DNA from: Candidatus Aminicenantes bacterium
Lineage (GTDB): Bacteria; Acidobacteriota; Aminicenantia; Aminicenantales; Aminicenantaceae
Assembly (NCBI GenBank): GCA_011042725.1
Contig: DQWD01000185.1
Coordinates: 24,832-88,831 of the forward strand
Direction of reading: 5' to 3'
DNA: 64,000 nucleotides
In this document: positions 58,605 through 64,000 of the stretch, one piece after another
How the letters are laid out: each line of letters starts with the position of its first letter
Numbering within the stretch: the stretch's first letter is position 1
The notes under the pieces: generated by a model
Databases searched by the model: none
What the model saw: only the letters and a program-made list of their open reading frames with translations
Told to the model about the DNA's origin: nothing
Program-made: the position numbers and the translations under genes

Positions 58605-60044
58605 CTAATCCTTCTTCTTGGAAAATAAATCCATAGTAACTAAATCTTTCCATGTTTTCTTTTTCTTAGCCAAGCCTTCCAATTCTTCCCACTCCTTTTT
58701 GGCTACTTTGTGTTCAGGATCTAAGGCCAAGGCTTTGTGAAATTGTTTCTTGGCCCGAATGTGGAGGCCTTCTGTTTTATAGAGAAGCCCAAGGGCAACA
58801 TAAATTTCGGGATTCCAGGGCTCAAGCTTGATGGCCTTGATAAAGTTGGCCTCGGCTTCTTTGGCATAATGAGGCAGCTTGGCTAAGGTCATCCCCGTAA
58901 GGAGAAAATACTTGGCCTTGTTTTTTATCAACCGGGTAGCTTCTCGCAAAAGAGCATAGGCTTCTTCATAACGAGCTTGATTGTAGAGGGTTTTGGCTTG
59001 GCGAAATTTAACTTCGGCTCGTCGTTCAACTTCTTTGCCATCCAAGTATTCCGGTGATTCCAGTTTCTGATCATATTCTTCCTTTTTGGCTGGATCAGAT
59101 AAGGTTCGAAAAGCCTTGGTAATGACATCAAAAACATCGGCAATTTTTTGCCTTATATCCTTTGGTAAATTTCGCGGATAAAGATCAGGGTGAAATTTAC
59201 GCGCCAATCGAAAATAGGCTTTTTTCAATTCCTGGAGGTTCGAGGAAGAAGAAACATTTAGAATCTGGTAATAATTTAATCCTTCTAAATTTTGATGAAA
59301 ACGGATAACTTCCTCAAGATCCTCATCCAGTTTCCTTTCCATCTCGTTGGGACGAGCAGATTTCTCTTGGGGCTCCGGCTTAGTCTCGGCCACTTCAATA
59401 AGACCTAAACAATAAATGAGGTACAAACTTCTCCAAAATTCCTCCTCGGAAAATGAAGATAATTGTCTGAGCTTTTCCAAGGTATGCCCTTCTTCAATAC
59501 CATTAAGAAGGGTTTTCTCTTCATCATTTAAGCGAAAATAAAATTCTCGATTATGAGGAACTAATCTTTTCGCCTGAAAAAATTCTCGAATAGCCGGATT
59601 AAATTTTAACCGACGAATTCCATCCTCAATCAAATCGGCCAAATTGATCTTAATCTCGAAATCCTCTAAGCCGGATTCTTTTTCTTCTTGAAATTTGAAT
59701 TGGCCGTTAAATAAAGGGAAAAGGTTGAGCACGATTTCTCTCATTTGAGTCTCCAAAGCCAAGGTTAACTCTTCAGGCGTGATAATTTTTTTCTGGATGA
59801 GAATCGCCCCTATGTACTTTCGCGGAGAGATAACCTCATCCAATCGCTCAAATTCCTCATCGGTCAGCTTGCCCATCCGGTAAAGGACCTGGCCCAGGAG
59901 CTCTTTAGGCTGATTTGTTTTGGCAAAAGCTAAGTAACCTTCCCGGAAAAATAGAAATTTATAGATCTCACCGCCCCGGTAGATGAGGCGACCACTTTTT
60001 TGTTGGAAATAAATATTTCGCAGATAAATAGCTATATGTTCCAT
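58605..60044 (-). CDS. DUF4388 + J-domain + TPR protein
   Basis: N-terminal KSGRLIY..LFFREG..LLGQVL; NYYQILNV...KKAYFRLARKFHPD; C-terminal TPRs. Confidence 0.85.
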   Translation of the reverse strand: MEHIAIYLRNIYFQQKSGRLIYRGGEIYKFLFFREGYLAFAKTNQPKELLGQVLYRMGKLTDEEFERLDEVISPRKYIGAILIQKKIITPEELTLALETQMREIVLNLFPLFNGQFKFQEEKESGLEDFEIKINLADLIEDGIRRLKFNPAIREFFQAKRLVPHNREFYFRLNDEEKTLLNGIEEGHTLEKLRQLSSFSEEEFWRSLYLIYCLGLIEVAETKPEPQEKSARPNEMERKLDEDLEEVIRFHQNLEGLNYYQILNVSSSSNLQELKKAYFRLARKFHPDLYPRNLPKDIRQKIADVFDVITKAFRTLSDPAKKEEYDQKLESPEYLDGKEVERRAEVKFRQAKTLYNQARYEEAYALLREATRLIKNKAKYFLLTGMTLAKLPHYAKEAEANFIKAIKLEPWNPEIYVALGLLYKTEGLHIRAKKQFHKALALDPEHKVAKKEWEELEGLAKKKKTWKDLVTMDLFSKKKD

Positions 60045-60366
60045 TTTACTTCCAATAATTCCTTCTTTGGCCCAAGAAATTGTTCCCGTTATCGGTTAAT
60101 ATATATTACATCTGGCCTTGATTTGCAATCTGATTATAAAAAAAATAGGCGACCGCTCAAATTTATAATTTTGAGGCTTTGTCCCCAAGTGATAATGCCT
60201 TATCTCTTTAATCATGCCCAAGACGAGAACTATCTTCCACGGTAACCAGCTAAAAACAGCAGTTTTTCTCCAAACCAACCACCTTCCAATTTTCATTAAT
60301 TCCTGAGGGACAACAAGCATGATGAATAAATTTGCCAAGAGGGGCTAATTATGTTATTTGAATATT

Positions 60367-61212
60367 ATGATTAAAGTCGCTTTAGCCCAGATTAAACCCT
60401 TCTTAGGCGAGGTAAATAAAAATCTTGATTTACATCTTGACCTAATCGAGCAAGCCCACCAAAATAAAGTCAATATTCTCCTTTTCCCTGAGCTAAGTTT
60501 AACTGGCTACCTCCTGCGAGACTTAGTTCCAGAGGTCGCCCTTCACCCCTCTCAAAGCCCAATTTTTCAACGCTTACTAAAAGCTTGTCAAGATTTAATC
60601 ATTATTCTTGGCTTTGTGGAAGAGAAAGAACCTGGGCTATATTTCAACTCGGTTGCCTGCTTGGGTCGGGGGCAAATTTTCCATATTCACCGCAAGGTGT
60701 ACTTGCCGAACTATGGAATGTTTGAAGAAGGCAAATTTTTCACTCCCGGGCGAGCGATAACCAGCTTTGACTTTCCCTATGGCCGGGCCGGGCTGCTTAT
60801 CTGCTACGACTTTCTCCACTATGGAACCAGCTATGCTTTATTTAGTGGAGGAGCTGATTACATTTTTGTTCTTAGTGCGGCCCCAGGTCGCGGCTTTCAA
60901 GAAAGTCCTGGCTTTGCTAGCCAACGGATGTGGGAATTAATGGGAGAAACTATTTCCTTCTTTTCCTCAGTGTTTGTGTTCTACTGTAATCGAGTAGGGT
61001 TCGAAGACGGCAAAGGATTTGCGGGCGGATCTTTTATTTATAACCCCTTCGGCCAATTAATAGCTCAAGCTCCTCCCCTTGACAAAGATATGCTCATCAC
61101 CGACATCGATCCAGGCGATCTCCAAGCGGCTCGACAAAAACGTTTTTACCGACGAGATAATCGACCAGAGATTATCTGGCGTTCATTGGAAAAAATAATC
61201 AGAAATGACTAA
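60367..61212 (+). CDS. Nitrilase/CN-hydrolase, probable glutaminase subunit of NAD synthetase
   Basis: E-K-C triad (FPELSLTGY, HRKVYLPNYGMFEE, ICYD); overlaps nadE by 8 nt; start set at ATG 60367. Confidence 0.88.
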   Translation: MIKVALAQIKPFLGEVNKNLDLHLDLIEQAHQNKVNILLFPELSLTGYLLRDLVPEVALHPSQSPIFQRLLKACQDLIIILGFVEEKEPGLYFNSVACLGRGQIFHIHRKVYLPNYGMFEEGKFFTPGRAITSFDFPYGRAGLLICYDFLHYGTSYALFSGGADYIFVLSAAPGRGFQESPGFASQRMWELMGETISFFSSVFVFYCNRVGFEDGKGFAGGSFIYNPFGQLIAQAPPLDKDMLITDIDPGDLQAARQKRFYRRDNRPEIIWRSLEKIIRND

Positions 61213-62020
61213 GATCAACCTTGAATTTGTGACTCATTTCTTGACAAGCTTTATTCGTCAAGAATATTCAAAACTTGGTTTCCAGAGGGCAATTATCGGG
61301 CTGTCAGGAGGACTAGACAGCTCAGTAGCTGCCCATTTGGCTGCTCGGGCACTTTCTCCGGCTAATGTTATCGGTCTAATCATGCCTTACCGAACCACCC
61401 CGCCTCAAGACCTGGAAGACGCCCGGGAAGTGGCTGAACGTTTGCAACTCAGAACACAGACCATCGATATCACGCCGATGATTGAGGCCTACTTCCAATC
61501 CCAGCCGACGGATAATAACATCCAAAGAGGAAATAAAATGGCGCGAGAGCGAATGGCCATTCTCTACGATTTTTCCGCTCGTTACCAAGCCCTTATTCTG
61601 GGCACCAGCAATAAAACCGAACTTCTCCTCGGCTACTGTACAATTCACGGGGACATGGCCTCGGCCATCAATCCCCTGGGAGATTTATACAAAACTCAGG
61701 TTCGACTCATGGCTCGCCATCTTGGTGTCCCCGCCCGAATTATCCACAAAATCCCCTCGGCTGGCTTCTGGCCAGGGCAGACAGATGAAGCTGAACTCGG
61801 GATGAGCTATGAAGAAATCGACCAAATTCTCTACCACCTGGTTGATAAAAGAAAATCAAAACAACAACTCCTATCTCTCGGATTTCCCGAGGAAAAAATC
61901 GGACGGATTATTAGCCTTATCAAAGCCAGCGAATTCAAGAGAAAACCACCCCTTATCCCTAAACTTTCCGAAAGAACGGTGACCCACGATTTTCTTTATC
62001 CCTATGATTGGGATAAATAA
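61205..62020 (+). CDS. nadE: NAD+ synthetase
   Basis: GLSGGLDSS, GNKMARERM, GTSNKTE, DLYKTQV, PSAGFWPGQTDE. Confidence 0.96.
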   Translation: MTKINLEFVTHFLTSFIRQEYSKLGFQRAIIGLSGGLDSSVAAHLAARALSPANVIGLIMPYRTTPPQDLEDAREVAERLQLRTQTIDITPMIEAYFQSQPTDNNIQRGNKMARERMAILYDFSARYQALILGTSNKTELLLGYCTIHGDMASAINPLGDLYKTQVRLMARHLGVPARIIHKIPSAGFWPGQTDEAELGMSYEEIDQILYHLVDKRKSKQQLLSLGFPEEKIGRIISLIKASEFKRKPPLIPKLSERTVTHDFLYPYDWDK

Positions 62021-62021
62021 A

Positions 62022-62720
62022 ATGGGCGGCTCACCCTCTCCTCACGAAGGACAGCTCTTCATCGTCGCTACTCCCATTGGAAACCTAGAAGACATATCCC
62101 TGCGGGCTCTTCAAGTCCTCCGGGAGGTAGATATCATTGCCTGTGAAGACACGCGGCGCACCCGCAAATTGCTTGCTCATTTTCAAATTAAAAAGCCGTT
62201 GATCAGTTATTTTCACCCCCGGGAAAAAGAAAAAATCCCTCTTCTGGTCAGGAAATTGAAACAAGGGCAGAAGGTGGCCCTTGTCTCTGATGCGGGAACG
62301 CCAGGGTTGTCCGATCCTGGTTTCTTGCTTCTCCAAGCTGCCCTAGAAGAAAACATTCAAATTATTCCTATTCCTGGCCCTTCGGCCATCACCACCGCTT
62401 TAATGGCTTCGGGTTTACCAACCCACCGTTTTCTATTTGTAGGTTTTCCCCCTCCCAAAAAAAAGGCAATCGAGCGGCTTCTTGAATCGCTCCAGAAAGA
62501 AAAGGGAACCCTGGTTTTCTTTCTTCCTGCTCGAAAACTAGCTCAATTTATAAATCTCGTTGCGGAAACTTTAGGAGACAGGCAGATGGTTATTGCCCGA
62601 GAGATGACCAAAGTCCATGAAGAATTCATCCGGGGCAAAGCAAAAGAGATAATAGCGCGATTAGAAGAGATATCATCTAAGGGGGAAGTAACTATTCTAA
62701 TTCGCGGCCAAAAAAAGTAA
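62022..62720 (+). CDS. rsmI: 16S rRNA C1402 2'-O-methyltransferase
   Basis: VATPIGNLEDISLRA, CEDTR, VSDAGTPGLSDPG, AREMTKVHEE; start set at ATG 62022. Confidence 0.95.
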   Translation: MGGSPSPHEGQLFIVATPIGNLEDISLRALQVLREVDIIACEDTRRTRKLLAHFQIKKPLISYFHPREKEKIPLLVRKLKQGQKVALVSDAGTPGLSDPGFLLLQAALEENIQIIPIPGPSAITTALMASGLPTHRFLFVGFPPPKKKAIERLLESLQKEKGTLVFFLPARKLAQFINLVAETLGDRQMVIAREMTKVHEEFIRGKAKEIIARLEEISSKGEVTILIRGQKK

Positions 62721-62738
62721 AAATTTTTTTATCAATAC

Positions 62739-62780
62739 TTGACAATTGATGACTAAGATATTATATTATTAGTGCACTAA
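62739..62780 (+). promoter_or_regulatory. sigma70 promoter of Hsp20 gene with 12-bp palindrome over the start site
   Basis: TTGACA-17-TATATT then TTAGTGCACTAA (62769-62780). Confidence 0.55.
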
Positions 62781-62805
62781 GAAATATTGATATGGAGGTG
62801 ATAAA

Positions 62806-63276
62806 ATGAGCATTATCAGATGGGATCCTTTTCGAGATATGATTACTTTACGGGAAAGAATGAATCGGCTTTTTGAGGATTTCTTTGCCTCCCGAGGTGA
62901 AGAGCAGGATCTCCTTTCTGGTGCCTGGAGCCCTTCGGTAGATATTTATGAAACTGAACATGATGTGGTGCTCACGGCTGAGCTGCCCGGAATGAGCGAG
63001 AAAGATATTGAGATCAAGGTGGAAGATAATACCCTCACCATCGGCGGAGAACGACGGCTAGAAAAAGAAATCAAAGAAGAAAACTTCCATCGAATTGAAC
63101 GAGCTTACGGCTCCTTCTGCCGTTCCTTTACTCTCCCCAACTATGTTGATCAAGACAAGATCAAAGCTGAATACGACAATGGACTCTTAAAAATAACCAT
63201 GCCCAAAAAGCCCGAAATGAAACCTCGGAAGGTCAAGGTCCTCAAAGCCACTAAAAAAGAAGCCGGCAAGAAATAA
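62806..63276 (+). CDS. Hsp20/alpha-crystallin small heat-shock protein
   Basis: RWDPFR, PSVDIYE, ELPGM, ERAYGSFCRSFTLP, NGLLKI; SD GGAGGT. Confidence 0.95.
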   Translation: MSIIRWDPFRDMITLRERMNRLFEDFFASRGEEQDLLSGAWSPSVDIYETEHDVVLTAELPGMSEKDIEIKVEDNTLTIGGERRLEKEIKEENFHRIERAYGSFCRSFTLPNYVDQDKIKAEYDNGLLKITMPKKPEMKPRKVKVLKATKKEAGKK

Positions 63277-63296
63277 CTCCCGTCTTTCAAGCTAGT

Positions 63297-63330
63297 ACCC
63301 TCCCTTTGCTCCCAAAGGGAGGGTTTTTTT
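63297..63330 (+). terminator. Intrinsic terminator after Hsp20
   Basis: ACCCTCCCTTTG-ctcc-CAAAGGGAGGGT followed by T-run. Confidence 0.9.
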
Positions 63331-63396
63331 ATATCATTTGGAGGCAGGATAACGAGAGGAATAGAATAACCTCTGTCTAATCCCGAAAAGAGAATT

Positions 63397-64000
63397 TTAA
63401 GCGCGCGCTATGGTTAGGGCTCTTACTTCCTTGGCTCCCGCTTGGCTAAGCATCCTGGAACACTCATTGAGCGTAGCCCCCGTGGTATAAATATCATCAA
63501 CGAGGCCGATAACTTTATCTTTAACCTTATCCGGAGACCTGACTTTAAAGGAATTTCTGACATTCTCCCGCCGCGCTTTCTCAGCCAACGAACTCTGGGG
63601 AGGAACGTTGACTACTTTTTGAAGAACGCGGGAGTCATCCTCAAGGCTCAACTCTCGGCCAATGATCTTAGCCAAAAGTTGAGCTTGGTTATAGCCCCTT
63701 TGTTTGGTCCGGCGAGGATGAAGCGGAATTGGTAATAACAACTCTAACCCCTCCCACAAGCTCGCTTCCTCCTTCAATCTTCTTATCGCCATCCCGGCTA
63801 AGGGTTTAGCTAAATAACTGTAACCCCTGAATTTAAAAAGAAGAATAATTTCTCTTAGAACCCCTTCATAGGGAAAAGCCGAACGATGAAGGTTAAAATA
63901 AGGTGGGTGCTGCTGACAATCCAGGCAAAGATGCTCTGCTTTCTCTTGCTCATAAAAACGGCCACAGCGAGCACAACGTCCACGGGGAGGAAGAATAATT
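63397..64000 (-). CDS. comF: ComF family phosphoribosyltransferase-like protein (5' end outside window)
   Basis: Open from window edge: CARC..CLDC Zn finger, PIPLH..RGYNQA, RRENV, LVDDIYTTGATL. Confidence 0.92.
   Translation of the reverse strand, partial: IILPPRGRCARCGRFYEQEKAEHLCLDCQQHPPYFNLHRSAFPYEGVLREIILLFKFRGYSYLAKPLAGMAIRRLKEEASLWEGLELLLPIPLHPRRTKQRGYNQAQLLAKIIGRELSLEDDSRVLQKVVNVPPQSSLAEKARRENVRNSFKVRSPDKVKDKVIGLVDDIYTTGATLNECSRMLSQAGAKEVRALTIARA

Noticed and set aside
1..64000. Stop-codon recoding, and the many short antisense ORFs in the track
   Set aside because: Conserved genes are full-length under the standard code and end in TAA, TAG or TGA; the short ORFs lie inside or opposite well-supported genes

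Overview
Gene-dense bacterial chromosome segment, mostly housekeeping, from a diderm organism. The paired GWxTD proteins, many secreted TPR proteins, a DUF4388-J-domain protein and the rplM-rpsI-rpsB-tsf-pyrH-frr order suggest an Acidobacteriota/Aminicenantes-like lineage (inference only). It holds about 55 CDS, tRNA-Leu(CAG), tRNA-Asp(GTC) and tmRNA. I saw no CRISPR array, prophage or intact IS. The most notable observations are: a four-gene cluster of exported GWxTD/TPR proteins; a GGQ-less aRF1-fold (baeRF/Balon-like) protein; six genes with a -10 box 6-8 nt before an SD-less ATG (candidate leaderless mRNAs); a start-less htpX 3' remnant joined to the lemA stop at a microhomology; two unexplained long intergenic hairpins; a consensus sigma54 promoter with a 17-bp tandem repeat; a probably inactive JAB/MPN gene coupled to amrA; and eukaryote-type citrate synthase beside a class II-like PurE. 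All family calls come from motif reading by eye, not database searches.
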